NCBI GenBank assembly: GCA_965116395.1
Contig: OZ220684.1
Span: 2,151,447-2,215,446 of the forward strand
From: Caldilineaceae bacterium
GTDB lineage: Bacteria > Chloroflexota > Anaerolineae > Caldilineales > Caldilineaceae
Length of the DNA: 64,000 bases
Direction: 5' to 3'
Part shown: piece by piece, positions 8,927-20,617 of the stretch
Position numbering within the stretch: position 1 is the stretch's first letter
Layout of the letters: every line of letters begins with the position of its first letter
The notes under the pieces: model-generated
Databases searched by the model: none
Told to the model about the DNA's origin: nothing
What the model saw: only the letters and a program-made list of their open reading frames with translations
Program-made: the position numbers and the translations under genes

Positions 8927-11863
8927 CTACGCCACCTCGCGCACGGGTGCGTCGCCCTGCTTCGCATCGGCCCTCATGTGGCAGACTTTATACTTCTTCC
9001 CGCTGCCGCACCAGCAGGGATCGTTGCGCTTGGGCCGGTTGTTCGTGTTGCGAACCGTCTTCGGTTGCGATGTATCCGACCGATTTGTCTGAATATTGCG
9101 CGCAATCGGCGTCGGCAGCGTCGGCGCCTTCTGCACCTGCAATGTCATTACCGTCGTCACAATATCGGAGCGGATGTCGTTCATCAACTCCTGATACATG
9201 GCATAGGCTTCGCGTTTGTAGGCAACCAGCGGGTCCACCTGCGCAATCGCCTGTAAACCGATCCCTTCCCGCAGCCTGTCCAGATCGGTCAGGTGACGAA
9301 CCCAGCGGTGGTCCACCGCGCGCATCATAATCTGGCGTTCGGCATCCCGCAGCATGTCGGCATCGATCTCCTGTTCCTTCTCATCATAGGTCTGATGCGC
9401 GATCTCAGCCGCCTGTTCTGTGATGGCGTCGGCGTCCAAATCCTGCCACTGGGTCGGTTCAAAGTTCTGTGGAAATGGGAAGACCGTCCGCAGCGCCTGC
9501 AGCATCTCTTCCGAATTCCACTCCTCTTCAAAGCGATTGGCCGTGTGTGCCTGCACAACCGCATCGATCTCATCGGTGATCATCTCCTGAATCGCGGGCT
9601 TCAGCGACGGCTCGGTCAGAAGCCGGCGCCGCTGCATGTAGATCGTCTCCCGCTGCTCATTGACCACCTCATCGTATTTCAGCACGTGTTTACGGATGTC
9701 GAAGTTGTGGCCTTCCACCCGGGTCTGCGCGTTTTCGATCGCCTTGCTGATCATATTGTGCTTGATCGGCTGATCGTCCTCCAGGCCGAGGCGGTCCATC
9801 ACACCCGTCACCCGGTCGCCGCCGAAACGCCGCACCAGTTCGTCCTCCAGGCTGAGGAAGAAGCGGCTGGCGCCCGGGTCGCCCAAACGTCCGGAGCGGC
9901 CGCGCAACTGGTTATCGATGCGTCGCGCCTCGTGGCGTTCCGTGCCGACCACATACAGGCCGCCCACGGACAGCACCTTCTCCTGGGCCTTCTTCGTCGC
10001 GTCCCAGTATTCCTTGAGCACCGCGGCCCAGCGTGTGTTATAGGTCTCCGTGGGGTCCTGGCCGCCCTTGAGCTGCTCCAGGCAGTGGTTCCAGGCCAGT
10101 TGGGGGATGCCGGTCAACTCGACGCCGTCTTTGCGCAGTTGATCTCTGGCGAGGCCCTCATAGTTGCCTCCCAGTAGGATGTCGACACCGCGGCCGGCCA
10201 TATTGGTGGCAATCGTGACCGCGCCGGGCCGTCCCGCCTGCGCAATGATCGTCGCCTCGCGCTCGTGGTTCTTGGCGTTCAGCACCTCATGTGGAATGCC
10301 GCGGCGTCTCAACATACGGCTGACAAGTTCGCTTGTCTCGATGGCAACCGTGCCCACCAGCACCGGTTGGCCCTCTTCGTGGGAGCGGCCGATCTCATCG
10401 ATCACCGCCCCGAATTTGGCCGACTGGTCCTTATAGATCACATCTTCCTCATCCAGGCGGATCGTTGGCAGATGGGTTGGGACCGCCACCACGTCGAGAT
10501 TGTAAATGCTCTGGAACTCCTCCTCTTCCGTCTTGGCCGTACCTGTCATGCCGGCCAGTTTGTTGTACATGCGGAAGAAGTTCTGGAACGTAATCGTCGC
10601 CAGGGTCATCGACTCTTTCTTGACGCGCACGCCTTCCTTGGCCTCAATCGCCTGGTGCAGGCCCTCGCCGTAGCGCCGCCCCTCCATCAGCCGCCCCGTG
10701 AACTCGTCGACGATGATCACTTCGTTGTTGCGGATGATGTAGTCTTTGTCGCGGTGATACAGGGCGTGGCCCCGCAGCGCGTTGTCGAGATAAGGGAGCA
10801 TCTCGAAATGGGCCGGGTCATACAGATTTTCCAGCCCCAGCTTTTTCTCCACCGTCGCGATGCCCTCTTCGGTGAGTGTAGACACCTTCTCCTTTTCGTT
10901 AACCTCGTAGTCCGTGCCGGCCCGCATGCCGCGCACCATTTGCGCGAACTGTCTGTAATAGTCGCTGCTCTCCTGCGACTCGCCCGAAATGATCAGCGGT
11001 GTGCGCGCCTCGTCGATCAGAATGTTGTCCACCTCATCCACGATTGCGTAGTGCAGCTCCCGTTGGGACCGGCGCTCCTTGTCCAACACCATGTTGTCGC
11101 GCAGATAATCGAACCCGAACTCGTTGTTGGTGCCGTACGTGATGTCCGCCTGATACGCCTCCTGCCGCCTGATCGGACGCAGGTTCTGGAAGCGATCGTC
11201 CTCTGCGGGGAACTCAGGGTCATACAGAAAGCTGCCCTTATCCGGATTGCCGGCACTGTTCTGGATGACCGCGGCCGAAAGCCCCAACAGCTGGTACACC
11301 GGCCCCATCAACTGCAAACCGACTTTGGACAGATAGTCGTTCGGCGTGACAAGATGGGCGCCCCGCCCGGCCAGCGCGTTCAGGTAGAGCGGCAGAGTCG
11401 CCACCAGTGTTTTGCCCTCGCCGGTCTTCATCTCCGCGATCGTGCTCGAGTGGAGCACGCCGCCGCCGATCAGCTGCACGTCATAGTGCCGCAGACCGAT
11501 CGTGCGCCGCGCGGCTTCGCGCACCGCCGCGAACGCCTCCGGCATCATCTCGTCGAGAATCTCCTGCTCCTCGTCCAGCAGATCTTTGCGAATTCGTTCC
11601 ACTTCGATGCGGGCAAAGCGCTGCTCATCGGTGCCCGCCACCGACGCGTACTCGCCTTCCGCGCCGGCCAGCGCATCCCGCAGCTCGGTCGTTTCGCCGA
11701 TGATCCGCTGGCGGAACTCCTGTGTCATCTCTTTGAATTCGTCGTTGTCCATCCGTTCGAAGCGTTCTTCCAACCCGTTGATCTCTTCAACCAGTGGCTG
11801 CAGCCGCTTCAATGCCTTATCGTTCGGATCACCGACAATTTTGGTCAGAAATTTCTTTAGCAT
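8927..11863 (-). CDS. secA: preprotein translocase ATPase SecA
   Basis: MLKKFLTKIVGDPNDKALKRL N-terminus, DEAD-like motor motifs and the C-terminal SEC-C zinc motif CWCGSGKKYKVCH. The start was moved to the ATG at 11861-11863, which is preceded by GAAGGA. Confidence 0.95.
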   Translation of the reverse strand: MLKKFLTKIVGDPNDKALKRLQPLVEEINGLEERFERMDNDEFKEMTQEFRQRIIGETTELRDALAGAEGEYASVAGTDEQRFARIEVERIRKDLLDEEQEILDEMMPEAFAAVREAARRTIGLRHYDVQLIGGGVLHSSTIAEMKTGEGKTLVATLPLYLNALAGRGAHLVTPNDYLSKVGLQLMGPVYQLLGLSAAVIQNSAGNPDKGSFLYDPEFPAEDDRFQNLRPIRRQEAYQADITYGTNNEFGFDYLRDNMVLDKERRSQRELHYAIVDEVDNILIDEARTPLIISGESQESSDYYRQFAQMVRGMRAGTDYEVNEKEKVSTLTEEGIATVEKKLGLENLYDPAHFEMLPYLDNALRGHALYHRDKDYIIRNNEVIIVDEFTGRLMEGRRYGEGLHQAIEAKEGVRVKKESMTLATITFQNFFRMYNKLAGMTGTAKTEEEEFQSIYNLDVVAVPTHLPTIRLDEEDVIYKDQSAKFGAVIDEIGRSHEEGQPVLVGTVAIETSELVSRMLRRRGIPHEVLNAKNHEREATIIAQAGRPGAVTIATNMAGRGVDILLGGNYEGLARDQLRKDGVELTGIPQLAWNHCLEQLKGGQDPTETYNTRWAAVLKEYWDATKKAQEKVLSVGGLYVVGTERHEARRIDNQLRGRSGRLGDPGASRFFLSLEDELVRRFGGDRVTGVMDRLGLEDDQPIKHNMISKAIENAQTRVEGHNFDIRKHVLKYDEVVNEQRETIYMQRRRLLTEPSLKPAIQEMITDEIDAVVQAHTANRFEEEWNSEEMLQALRTVFPFPQNFEPTQWQDLDADAITEQAAEIAHQTYDEKEQEIDADMLRDAERQIMMRAVDHRWVRHLTDLDRLREGIGLQAIAQVDPLVAYKREAYAMYQELMNDIRSDIVTTVMTLQVQKAPTLPTPIARNIQTNRSDTSQPKTVRNTNNRPKRNDPCWCGSGKKYKVCHMRADAKQGDAPVREVA

Positions 11864-12181
11864 ATCGCATCCTTCTGTTTGCCCGTTGCCGACTGCAACG
11901 GTTCGCACATTCAGCCGCGGACAAAATCGATGGGGCGTCTCGCCTTCCCTTATGCAATACGAAACAGGGAGGAAAGCGGCTCTATCATATGAACGTACTT
12001 TCGTCCCGTCAGCCCCTCAATCACAACAATCGCAGTCCAGGCTGCACCGCATATTCTACCATGCACCGCAAAACCGCCACTAGTGGCCGCTCCTGCTCGT
12101 TTCCCTGCCTTCTGTTTCTTGTCAGTGTGGCAGCATCCTATGATGAAGAATAATGGGTCAGTACAGACTTTCAGCGATCTA

Positions 12182-12190
12182 TGCTACAAT
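12182..12190 (+). promoter_or_regulatory. extended -10-like element TGCTACAAT upstream of the LysM gene
   Basis: TGnTAnAAT match 64 nt upstream of the ATG at 12254. The same 9-mer recurs at 23062-23070. Confidence 0.3.
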
Positions 12191-12253
12191 GTCAGCCGGG
12201 GCCAGTGTCGTCCACAGGCCGCCTTTTCCCTAGCTACAGGCCGCCGCAGTTAA

Positions 12254-13015
12254 ATGAACCGCCGTCTTCTCGTCTTTTTCATCCTCGTCAACGCCTTTGT
12301 CAGTCTGACAATTGCCTTGACCGTCGTTTGGATAGCGGAGCAGCGGCGGCCCAGGCCGGAGGAACTGGTCGTGCCGCCAACACCCGCTCCAGCCGTGATT
12401 CTGGTTGCAACGCCAACGTCGGGGGATGCACAGACAACCCCGGGGAACGGATCCCTCCCGTCAGAAACTCCTACCGAAGTCACGGCGCCGCCTGAAACGG
12501 GCGAAACGGAGATTTACGTGGTCGAGAGAGGGGATAGCCTGTCGGCCATCGCGGCCCGTTTCGGCGTCACTCCGAGCAGGCTGCTGGAAATCAACGATCT
12601 GGCCGACCCAAACTTAGTCTATGTTGGCCAGCGTCTGATCATTCCTGCCTCTCAACAGCAAGCCGGCGCGCCCGGCGGCAGCGCGGTCGGTCTGCCGCAG
12701 CAGGGTCTGCAACTGCGTATCCAGAACGCCGGCGACTTGGCCGCAGAATCGGTGCAGATAGTGAACGATAGCAATGGCGCCGTTGACCTGCAAGGGTGGA
12801 CTCTCAGCAGCGACGGGGGGCCGCTCTATACTTTCGGCAGCGTCCTTCTATTCCCCGGAAGTGGGATTTGGCTGCACACGGGCTCTGGCCAGGACAACAG
12901 CATCAATCGCTATTGGGGTCAGGCGGAAACGGTTTGGCAAAGCGGCTCAACCGTTGTTCTGCGCGACGCCAGCGGTGAACTGATTGCACAGAGTACAGTG
13001 GCCGCTAGCGAATAA
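12254..13015 (+). CDS. membrane-anchored LysM plus lamin-tail-domain (LTD) protein
   Basis: N-terminal TM segment. LysM motif YVVERGDSLSAIAARFGVTPSRLLEINDL...VGQRLIIP. C-terminal LTD-like VQIVNDSNGAVDLQGWTL...LFPGSGIWLHTG. Confidence 0.75.
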   Translation: MNRRLLVFFILVNAFVSLTIALTVVWIAEQRRPRPEELVVPPTPAPAVILVATPTSGDAQTTPGNGSLPSETPTEVTAPPETGETEIYVVERGDSLSAIAARFGVTPSRLLEINDLADPNLVYVGQRLIIPASQQQAGAPGGSAVGLPQQGLQLRIQNAGDLAAESVQIVNDSNGAVDLQGWTLSSDGGPLYTFGSVLLFPGSGIWLHTGSGQDNSINRYWGQAETVWQSGSTVVLRDASGELIAQSTVAASE

Positions 13016-13047
13016 CCAAAAGCTTTTGCGAAAGGAAATGACGTTCC

Positions 13048-13611
13048 ATGGCAGCGACTGAACCACCCGATAAACAGGACAGAGGGAGGCCCAGAAAGCG
13101 GCGCTACTTCCGCCGCCGCCGGCGCAAGAGTAACCAGGACGCGTCCCTCGCTGCTGAGCAGAGGGCTGACGACGATGCCCAGCCACCGCAGCGTACTCGT
13201 TCCAAGAGCCAGAATCGCCGCCGCAGTGACAACCGGCGCCGCTCTTCCCGGCGCCGCAGCAGCGCCGCGCGCTCGCAGGCGAATCAGGTGCAGTATGCCG
13301 AAGAAGAGAGTCAGCCGCAAGGCGAGGTGTATATCTACACCCATGTTATCCGCCCCACATACAGGGAGGGCCTCGGCGGGGAATTCCAGGCCGATCATTC
13401 GCTGAACCTCTCCGGCGCCACCGTCAGCGCACCCGTAGGCATGGACTATCTTCTGGAGAATATCGAGCGGCAGTTGGATGAGTGGTTCAATCCGAGCGCA
13501 GACTCGACAACTGAGGACAACGGCGACACGAGCCAGGAGGAAGAGCCCAGCGCCGCGCAGGAGATGGCGGATGAGAGCCGCACGCATGACGACAATTCCA
13601 ACAGTGGATAG
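13048..13611 (+). CDS. hypothetical protein, Arg-rich N-terminus and acidic C-terminus
   Basis: 187-aa ORF co-oriented between the LysM gene and asnS. I recognise no family. The long antisense ORF 12919..14937 is a shadow. Confidence 0.45.
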   Translation: MAATEPPDKQDRGRPRKRRYFRRRRRKSNQDASLAAEQRADDDAQPPQRTRSKSQNRRRSDNRRRSSRRRSSAARSQANQVQYAEEESQPQGEVYIYTHVIRPTYREGLGGEFQADHSLNLSGATVSAPVGMDYLLENIERQLDEWFNPSADSTTEDNGDTSQEEEPSAAQEMADESRTHDDNSNSG

Positions 13612-13644
13612 AATCGCCTGCGCACCACGACAGAGGACTGATCT

Positions 13645-14988
13645 GTGGACAAAGTAATCACGATCCGGCAGATGTCCGCACATGTGGGTGAGACGGTAAC
13701 CCTGGAAGGCTGGCTTTACAGCAAGACAGGCAAAGGCCGGCTCCAATTCCTGCAGGTGCGCGACGGCGGCGGCGTCTGCCAGGCGGTTGTATTCAGAGGC
13801 AATGTCAGCGACGAGACGTTCGAACTCGCCCGCGCACTCACCCAGGAAAGCAGCCTGCGAGTCACCGGCACCGTCAAAGCCGACACGCGCGCGCCGGGCA
13901 TCCCCGGCGGCTATGAACTCGACTTGACCGACCTCGAAGTGGTCCAGATCGCCGCTGAGTACCCGATTCAGCCCAAAGAGCATGGCGTCGAGTTTCTCGT
14001 CAAGAATCGCCACCTCTGGATTCGCTCCAGCCGCCAGTGGGCCATAATGCGGGTTCGCGCGACCGTCATTCGCGCCATCCGCGGCTGGCTGGACAACAAC
14101 GGCTACCTCAACGTGGACACGCCGATCCTCACCCCCAACGCCGCCGAAGGCACAACGACTCTCTTCGAGATCGATTTCCACGGTGAGCCGGCCTATCTGG
14201 CCCAGACCGGCCAACTCTACAGTGAAGCCACTATCCTCGCCTTTGGCAAAGTCTACTGCTTCGGGCCGACTTTTCGCGCCGAAAAGAGCAAAACGCGCCG
14301 CCATCTGCAAGAGTTTTGGATGGTGGAGCCCGAGATCGCCTTCTGCGACCTGGACGGGCTGATGGAGATCGAAGAGCAGTTCGTCAGCCACATCGTTCAG
14401 CGCTGTTTGGAGGAAAATGCCGAAGAGCTGAAGCTGCTGGAACGGGATACTTCGGCCCTGGAACAGGTGACACCCAGCTTCCCGCGCATCCACTACGACG
14501 AAGCCGTTGAAATGGTCAACCGCGCCGCCGCTGCCGGCGAACTGGTGCCCGGCTATAAGGACAAAGTACCCCATATCGAGTGGGGCGATGATTTTGGCAG
14601 CCCGCACGAGACCTACATTGCCGCCCAATTCGACAAGCCGGTCTTTGTGCATCACTACCCGACCCAGGTGAAAGCGTTCTACATGGAGCCCGAACCCGAC
14701 CGGCCGGAGGTCTGCCGCAGCGTCGATCTGCTGGCGCCGGAAGGGTATGGCGAGATCACAGGCGGCAGTGAACGGATGGCCGATGTCGATAAGCTGGTTG
14801 CCGGCATCGAGGAGCACGGCCTGCCCATGGACGCGTTTGACTGGTATGTCGATCTGCGCCGCTATGGCACCGTTGTGCATAGCGGTTTCGGTCTGGGCCT
14901 GGAGCGCACCGTCGCCTGGATCTGCGGCGTGACGCACCTGCGGGAGGCGATCGCTTTCCCCCGCACGCTTGGCTCCATGCGCCCATAA
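13645..14988 (+). CDS. asnS: asparagine--tRNA ligase
   Basis: Class IIb OB-fold N-terminus and the AsnRS-type motif [25 protein letters not shown]-terminal [13 protein letters not shown]. Confidence 0.9.
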   Translation: MDKVITIRQMSAHVGETVTLEGWLYSKTGKGRLQFLQVRDGGGVCQAVVFRGNVSDETFELARALTQESSLRVTGTVKADTRAPGIPGGYELDLTDLEVVQIAAEYPIQPKEHGVEFLVKNRHLWIRSSRQWAIMRVRATVIRAIRGWLDNNGYLNVDTPILTPNAAEGTTTLFEIDFHGEPAYLAQTGQLYSEATILAFGKVYCFGPTFRAEKSKTRRHLQEFWMVEPEIAFCDLDGLMEIEEQFVSHIVQRCLEENAEELKLLERDTSALEQVTPSFPRIHYDEAVEMVNRAAAAGELVPGYKDKVPHIEWGDDFGSPHETYIAAQFDKPVFVHHYPTQVKAFYMEPEPDRPEVCRSVDLLAPEGYGEITGGSERMADVDKLVAGIEEHGLPMDAFDWYVDLRRYGTVVHSGFGLGLERTVAWICGVTHLREAIAFPRTLGSMRP

Positions 14989-15041
14989 GCCCTGGGAGCG
15001 CCGGCGCCTCGCCTGCTTCCCGGCCCTATCCGTTCACAGCC

Positions 15042-16127
15042 GTGTTCTACCTCTCAATTCTGCTCGTCGCCCTCATTCTTGCCCTCATCCTTACGCCAGT
15101 CTCCGTACGGCTCGGCCTCCGGCTCGGCTTGGTGGACCGCCCTGGCGAGCGCCGTAAACACGCGGGTGTCGTGCCGCGCACAGGCGGGCTGGCTATCTTC
15201 GCCGCCTTTACTCTGACCGTGTTCGCTCTTCTTCTGCTCATGTCAGGTGCGCTGCCCCAGCTTGACGCCTCCTGGCTGCCGCCGCAGGACGATCCCAAGG
15301 AGAGCCGCCGTTTTATTGCTCTTCTGATCGGCGGCGCCTTCTGCGCACTCGCCGGCTTTCTCGACGACCGCTACGAGTTCTCCTGGCGGCCCCAATTCGT
15401 AATTCAGGCTGTTGCCGGCCTGATCGCCATCGCCGGTCTGATCTTCATCAAGCACGTAAACAATCCGTTCGCAAGCGGGTTCCTTTTCGGGCCCGATGGA
15501 TTCCCCTGGTGGCTGGTCGGCCCGCTGACGCTATTCTGGTTCATGGGAATGATGAATACCGTCAATTTTCTTGACGGCTTGAACGGTCTGGTTGCCGGTG
15601 TCACCGTCATTTTTTGCGCCATTCTCAGCATTCACATGATCTTCTTCACCCAGCCGCCCCAACTGAGCGTGGCGGTGCTGCCGTTAGCGCTGCTCGGCGT
15701 CGGCGTGGGATTTCTGTTCTTCAATTTTGCCCCGGCGCGGGTCTTCATGGGCAGCAGCGGCAGCTATTTTCTCGGTTTTGCTCTGGCCGCGCTGGGGATT
15801 ATCGGCGGGGCGAGGCTTGCCACCGTTCTGCTGATTCTCGGCCTGCCGATTCTGGACGTAGTGTGGCTGATCTACAGCCGCTCGCGACGGGGTGTCTCTG
15901 TGGGCCAGGGCGGGCGCGATCACCTGCACCTGCGGCTGCGGGACAAAGGCCTGGCCGAACACACTATCGTGATTGGCTATTGGGCCTTCTGCGCACTTTT
16001 CGGCGGGCTGACCCTCTTGCTGGATGATCGCCTCTACAAACTGGTGGCGCTGATTGGGCTGGCCATTATCGGCCTGCTCGTCCTGCTCTGGGCAGCGCGG
16101 CCGTCCACTTTGAGTGAAGACAAATGA
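15042..16127 (+). CDS. glycosyltransferase family 4 (MraY/WecA-type polyprenyl-phosphate sugar-1-phosphate transferase)
   Basis: GTG start. Polytopic membrane protein with [14 protein letters not shown] (NxxDGxDG-like) and [12 protein letters not shown] motifs. Confidence 0.8.
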   Translation: MFYLSILLVALILALILTPVSVRLGLRLGLVDRPGERRKHAGVVPRTGGLAIFAAFTLTVFALLLLMSGALPQLDASWLPPQDDPKESRRFIALLIGGAFCALAGFLDDRYEFSWRPQFVIQAVAGLIAIAGLIFIKHVNNPFASGFLFGPDGFPWWLVGPLTLFWFMGMMNTVNFLDGLNGLVAGVTVIFCAILSIHMIFFTQPPQLSVAVLPLALLGVGVGFLFFNFAPARVFMGSSGSYFLGFALAALGIIGGARLATVLLILGLPILDVVWLIYSRSRRGVSVGQGGRDHLHLRLRDKGLAEHTIVIGYWAFCALFGGLTLLLDDRLYKLVALIGLAIIGLLVLLWAARPSTLSEDK

Positions 16128-17392
16128 GCTTGACGCACACAGGCGGCGCGCCTGCATGCCGCATCCTCGCTATCGAGACCAGTTGCGACGAGACCGCGGC
16201 CGCGGTCGTGGCGGACGGCCGCCATATCCTCAGCAACCGGGTCGCCAGCCAGATCGAGCTCCACCGGCGTTTCGGCGGCGTCTACCCGGAGGTCGCCAGC
16301 CGTCAGCACGTTCTCGCAATTCAGACCGTCGTCGAGGACGCGCTCGCGGATGCCTCGGTCGCGCATGTGCGCGATTTGGACGCCATCGCCGTCACCCACG
16401 GCCCAGGCCTGGCCGGCAGTCTGCTTGTCGGCGTCAATCTCGCCAAAGGGCTGGCCTTCGCCAGCGGCCTGCCGCTGGTGCCCGTGAATCACCTGGAAGG
16501 GCACATCTACAGCAACTGGCTACATGCGGACACTTCACTCGACATCGCGCGCAAACAACGAAGTGGTAGCGCATCTGAACAGTTCCCGGCGCTGATCCTG
16601 ATCGTCTCCGGCGGCCATACCGAACTCGTGCTGATGGAAGATCATTGCCACTACCGGCACCTGGGCGCAACCCTGGACGATGCCGCCGGGGAAGCGTTCG
16701 ACAAGGTGGCGCGCCTCCTGGAACTGGGCTATCCGGGCGGCCCGGCCATTCAAGCGGCCGCGGAGGCCGGCGATGCCCGCCGTTTCCATCTCCCCCGCCC
16801 ACTTATGCGGCCCGGTCGGCGGACACAGCGCCAGCCGGACGCGCAGACGTCTCCCCTGCCCGCCATCCTGCCCGTCCGCGGCGAGCACCGCTTCAATTTC
16901 AGCTTCTCCGGCCTGAAGACAGCCGTTCTCAATCTGATGCGTCAACTCGAACGCGAGGGAACGGACGCACGCCAGAAGCAGACCGCGGCCGATATTGCCG
17001 CCGCTTTTCAGATGGCTGTTGTGGATGTGCTGGTGGGTAAAACCGCCGATGCCGCCGACGAGTTTGCCGTGAAGCAGGTCTGTATCTGCGGCGGTGTCAG
17101 CGCCAATGGGCTGTTACGCCGGACCGCTGAACAGCATTTCGCAGAGATGGGTCTGCCGCTGCGCTGCCCGCCGCTTTTTCTGTGCACGGACAATGCCGCC
17201 ATGATCGGCGCCGCCGCCTACTACAGGCGGTCATATAGCGCAGCCCGGCAACGCGCCCCGCAGGACCGTGCGCACCGGCAGCCTGCCGAAGCGGCCGCGC
17301 ATTCAACTCCGCGCGGCGAGCCGTCCACGCGCGATTTCCTCGCCCTTGACGTATATGCAAGTCTGCCTTTGGTGGATACTACGGGGCTGTGA
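16124..17392 (+). CDS. tsaD: tRNA N6-adenosine threonylcarbamoyltransferase TsaD (long form with insertions)
   Basis: [16 protein letters not shown]...[12 protein letters not shown]...SGGHTEL...GYPGGP. ATGA overlap with the upstream gene. About 80 aa longer than typical. Confidence 0.85.
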   Translation: MSLTHTGGAPACRILAIETSCDETAAAVVADGRHILSNRVASQIELHRRFGGVYPEVASRQHVLAIQTVVEDALADASVAHVRDLDAIAVTHGPGLAGSLLVGVNLAKGLAFASGLPLVPVNHLEGHIYSNWLHADTSLDIARKQRSGSASEQFPALILIVSGGHTELVLMEDHCHYRHLGATLDDAAGEAFDKVARLLELGYPGGPAIQAAAEAGDARRFHLPRPLMRPGRRTQRQPDAQTSPLPAILPVRGEHRFNFSFSGLKTAVLNLMRQLEREGTDARQKQTAADIAAAFQMAVVDVLVGKTADAADEFAVKQVCICGGVSANGLLRRTAEQHFAEMGLPLRCPPLFLCTDNAAMIGAAAYYRRSYSAARQRAPQDRAHRQPAEAAAHSTPRGEPSTRDFLALDVYASLPLVDTTGL

Positions 17393-17429
17393 TCGACCTG
17401 GGGGCGCAGGCGCGACGCCTGTTCTGTCT

Positions 17430-18818
17430 CTAATCGCCTGCGGGTGAATTGGCGGTCTGGGAAGCGGGCGGCGCAGGCGCGTCCTCTTCCAACGCCGCCT
17501 CAGGGACTGCAGGCGTGTCGTCCGCTTCCGAAACAACGACCCGGCGGTAGATGCCGCCGCGCTGCGTCTGTGTACTCGGATTGCGTTCGCTGAAAGGCTG
17601 ATAGTTGAGCAGCTTGGCGTGGGTATAGCTGCCGATCAGCCGCAAGCTGGCGACGACCGGCGCGGCCAGAAACGCGCCCAGTATCCCCCCCACGCTCGCG
17701 CCCACCACGACGCCGCATACCACCACCACCGGATGCAAATGAACGCTCGAGCCGATCACGCGCGGCACCAGAAGTTGATGTTCCAACTGCTGAATGATGA
17801 AGTAGACCCCGATTATCAACAGAGCGAAATTCAGGTTGCTCAGTTCGAGCGTCGAACTTCCTTGCGCCAGCGCGATGATCACGGCTGGGATCATCGCCAG
17901 AATCGGACCGATATTGGGCAGAATTTCCAGCGCCCCGGCCAAAAGCGCCAGAATCAGCGCGCCCCGCATCCCCAACAGGCTCAGCGAAAAATAGGTCGCC
18001 ACTCCGATCGATAAAGAGAGGATGAGTTGGCCGCGAAAGAAGGCGTTCCAGATGTTGCGCAGCCGGCGCATCAACTCCACGCCCTCCGAATAATACTCGA
18101 CCGGGAACAGCCCTTCCACATACCGCTGGATGCGGGGCGCGTCTTTGGTAATGTATAAGCTGATGAAGAAGAGAAGCAGCAGAAACACGACCGTAGTGAC
18201 GATGCTGCCAACAACCGTCAAGCCGATTGTCGCCGTGCTGCTCACCACGTTCGTCGCTGTACTCAAAAGCTGATTGATATAATCCAGAATCTGCTGCGCA
18301 CCGGGCAGGAAGCGTTCAACCTCAATCTCATCGGCAAACGTCTGCTGGATCTGGCCCACCACCCCCTCAAACGTGACATCGAGACCAAGGATTTTGCCAC
18401 TGGTTGGAATGTCTGCGACCAAATCTTGCAGATAGAGCAGAAAGTTCTCAGTCGCTGTCGGCACGTCAAAATAGAGTGCCCTGAGTTGGGACAACAAAAT
18501 AGGCACAAGCAGAACGGGTGCCAGTATCAACAGAACCAGGAACAGCAGGTATAAGACGATCGTGCTCACGCTGCGGGGAATGCGCAGCCGTTCAAACATA
18601 TCGACAATCGGAATCAGGAAGTAGGAGACAAGCCCCGCCATAATCAGTATCGGCAGGACCGGACGGCTGACCCAGAAGATGAGCGCGCCGAAGACGAACA
18701 AAACGATCAGGACTGTTCTTTTGGTCGCGGTATCCCACGCGGTGTTCGGCGCCAGAACTGAACTTGAACTTTGGGATTCAGTTTCTTCCGCTGTGGATGG
18801 CGGTGTCATGGAATCCAT
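17430..18818 (-). CDS. AI-2E (PerM/YhhT) family transporter
   Basis: Multi-TM protein with the characteristic C-terminal LLVPRVIGSSVHLHPVVV block. The start was placed at an internal ATG (MDSMTPP) and is uncertain. Confidence 0.75.
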   Translation of the reverse strand: MDSMTPPSTAEETESQSSSSVLAPNTAWDTATKRTVLIVLFVFGALIFWVSRPVLPILIMAGLVSYFLIPIVDMFERLRIPRSVSTIVLYLLFLVLLILAPVLLVPILLSQLRALYFDVPTATENFLLYLQDLVADIPTSGKILGLDVTFEGVVGQIQQTFADEIEVERFLPGAQQILDYINQLLSTATNVVSSTATIGLTVVGSIVTTVVFLLLLFFISLYITKDAPRIQRYVEGLFPVEYYSEGVELMRRLRNIWNAFFRGQLILSLSIGVATYFSLSLLGMRGALILALLAGALEILPNIGPILAMIPAVIIALAQGSSTLELSNLNFALLIIGVYFIIQQLEHQLLVPRVIGSSVHLHPVVVVCGVVVGASVGGILGAFLAAPVVASLRLIGSYTHAKLLNYQPFSERNPSTQTQRGGIYRRVVVSEADDTPAVPEAALEEDAPAPPASQTANSPAGD

Positions 18819-19090
18819 TATTTGGAGGCCACTATATGGGACCCACTGCACGGGACCCAATGTACGGGAGCGCGTTCCCCTGCGTCTGTCTCTCCCGGCA
18901 TTAGAGCCGGAGAATGGTCTTGCATGCAGAAGGAAGCAGGACGAAATTCCTATACCATTCTACAAGAGAAAACACGGCTGCCGTCCTAAAGTTGCGCTTT
19001 TGCCGCTTCATGTCCTCATGGAAATCCAGGCGTCCTGCCTGCCGCCGCGCCATCACCGCGTCGTCACTGTGCGATCACTGTGCCATGCGT

Positions 19091-20554
19091 TCAATCCAGC
19101 CCCAGCGACGCGTATTCCCATTCGGCCACCGGCGTAAACTGGGATGGGTCCAGTACCGTTTTCGGGCCAAACGGCGCGGCCGTGACGCTGCCCACATCCA
19201 CCGCGCCGTTCTCGACCGCCAGTGTCGGGAAACGCCGCCCGCCCGGCGTCGTGTGCGGGCGGTAGAGATCGCCATGCGCCGCCAGCATCTGCGCCTGCAC
19301 GTCGTCCGGCAGCATCGCCAGGCCGGCGAAGTAGTGATGACCGTTGCGTTCGGCGTGTTCGATGCCCAGCGTCGCCAGTACCGCCAGGTCCTCCAACAGT
19401 GCCACCGGCCCCAGGTTGCACAGGTCCTCGGCGCTGATGATATGCAATGTGTCCGGCTGCTGTCGCTGGCGGTGACGGATCAGGCAAGTGTTGGCGATGC
19501 CTTTGAAGATGCCTTTACAGTTCTTGTGGCTGGTGCCCACGTAGCCGCTTTCGAGCGCGGTGGGCGCGCTGGAAAGCTCGCCGTCGGATTCGTCGATGAT
19601 GATCGGCGGCCGTTCCCCCCAGGCAAGCAACGCCGCGCCCACCTCCTCGCTCAGGGCGATGTCGCGGTGGAAGGGCTGTTCGACGAAAATCAGCCGTTGC
19701 AGAAAGCCGCCCAGGGCCGGGTCGGCGTCCAACTCTTCCCAGAGGGCGCGAAAATCAGCAACGTTGTGATAGGTCTCGTTGCCGTCGAGCGTGTGCCGGT
19801 AATCGACATTGCGCTCGTCCAGCAGCGCGGCAATGCGTTGTAACCGCGCCCTGTCCGCGTCGATGTCGCCGCCAATCTTGATCTTGAAATGGGTCAATCC
19901 GTAAGCCTGGATCGACGCGTCCAGCGATTGGGGCAGACCGTCATCGACCTGATCGGCGGGCGGGACTTCGTCGTCGGTGAGGGGATCGATCATGCCGACC
20001 GTATGCCGAACGATCACCCGCTCCAGGGGCTTGGCCGGCAGCAGATCCGCCGGCGCGTGCCCGGCCAGTTCCGGCCGCAGCTCGTCCAGCTCCATCCCCA
20101 GGCTGTTCGCGTGCACAGCCTCGGCGAAGGTCGTGCCCGTAGCCCGGCAGAAGCCGTCGATGATCGCCCGCTCCACCAGCGAAACGCCGAACGCCCACAG
20201 CAGCGGCGGGTAGTCCGTGCCTGCGGCCCAATCCTCCTGGGCCTGGTAGGCGGCCCGCCACAGCGCATAGACCGAGTCCGCCGCGCCGGCTTCGCGGGCA
20301 TGGCGGCAGGCCGCCTGCACTACGTCGAGCATCTCGGCGATATCCTGGGCCATCGACGAATCGGGTACTTTGGTAAACCATTTCGGCGCCAGGCCCTCGG
20401 CCGCGATCCCGTCCGCCTGTCTGCCGTCCACCACAACCCGTACCTGCAAAAAGAGATGCGGCAGCGCGGTCATGGTGACGATGCCATAGCGGAAGGGCAT
20501 GCGGTTGCGCATGTTGAGGATATGGAGATCGAAGTCGAGCAGGCGTACGGACAT
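19091..20554 (-). CDS. enolase-superfamily enzyme (mandelate racemase/muconate lactonizing family)
   Basis: FKIKIGGD (KxK), DGNETY, VEQPF and IIIDESD metal-ligand/acid-base motifs in canonical order. Confidence 0.7.
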   Translation of the reverse strand: MSVRLLDFDLHILNMRNRMPFRYGIVTMTALPHLFLQVRVVVDGRQADGIAAEGLAPKWFTKVPDSSMAQDIAEMLDVVQAACRHAREAGAADSVYALWRAAYQAQEDWAAGTDYPPLLWAFGVSLVERAIIDGFCRATGTTFAEAVHANSLGMELDELRPELAGHAPADLLPAKPLERVIVRHTVGMIDPLTDDEVPPADQVDDGLPQSLDASIQAYGLTHFKIKIGGDIDADRARLQRIAALLDERNVDYRHTLDGNETYHNVADFRALWEELDADPALGGFLQRLIFVEQPFHRDIALSEEVGAALLAWGERPPIIIDESDGELSSAPTALESGYVGTSHKNCKGIFKGIANTCLIRHRQRQQPDTLHIISAEDLCNLGPVALLEDLAVLATLGIEHAERNGHHYFAGLAMLPDDVQAQMLAAHGDLYRPHTTPGGRRFPTLAVENGAVDVGSVTAAPFGPKTVLDPSQFTPVAEWEYASLGLD

Positions 20555-20617
20555 CTGTCGTTCCCCCCTGTCTGTGCAAAAACAGATTCCAGTGAGCCTC
20601 CGCGTACGAGTGGGGTC

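Noticed and set aside
10265-11860. 531-aa (and 9293..10177, 294-aa) plus-strand ORFs opposite secA
   Set aside because: secA on the minus strand is unambiguous. These are low-complexity Arg/His/Leu-rich shadows.
13612-13644. T-box or other leader upstream of asnS
   Set aside because: The gap to the preceding ORF is only 33 nt, too short for a T-box leader.
12919-14937. 672-aa minus-strand ORF spanning the Arg-rich ORF and asnS
   Set aside because: It lies opposite a canonical AsnRS and has no motifs. It is a shadow ORF.
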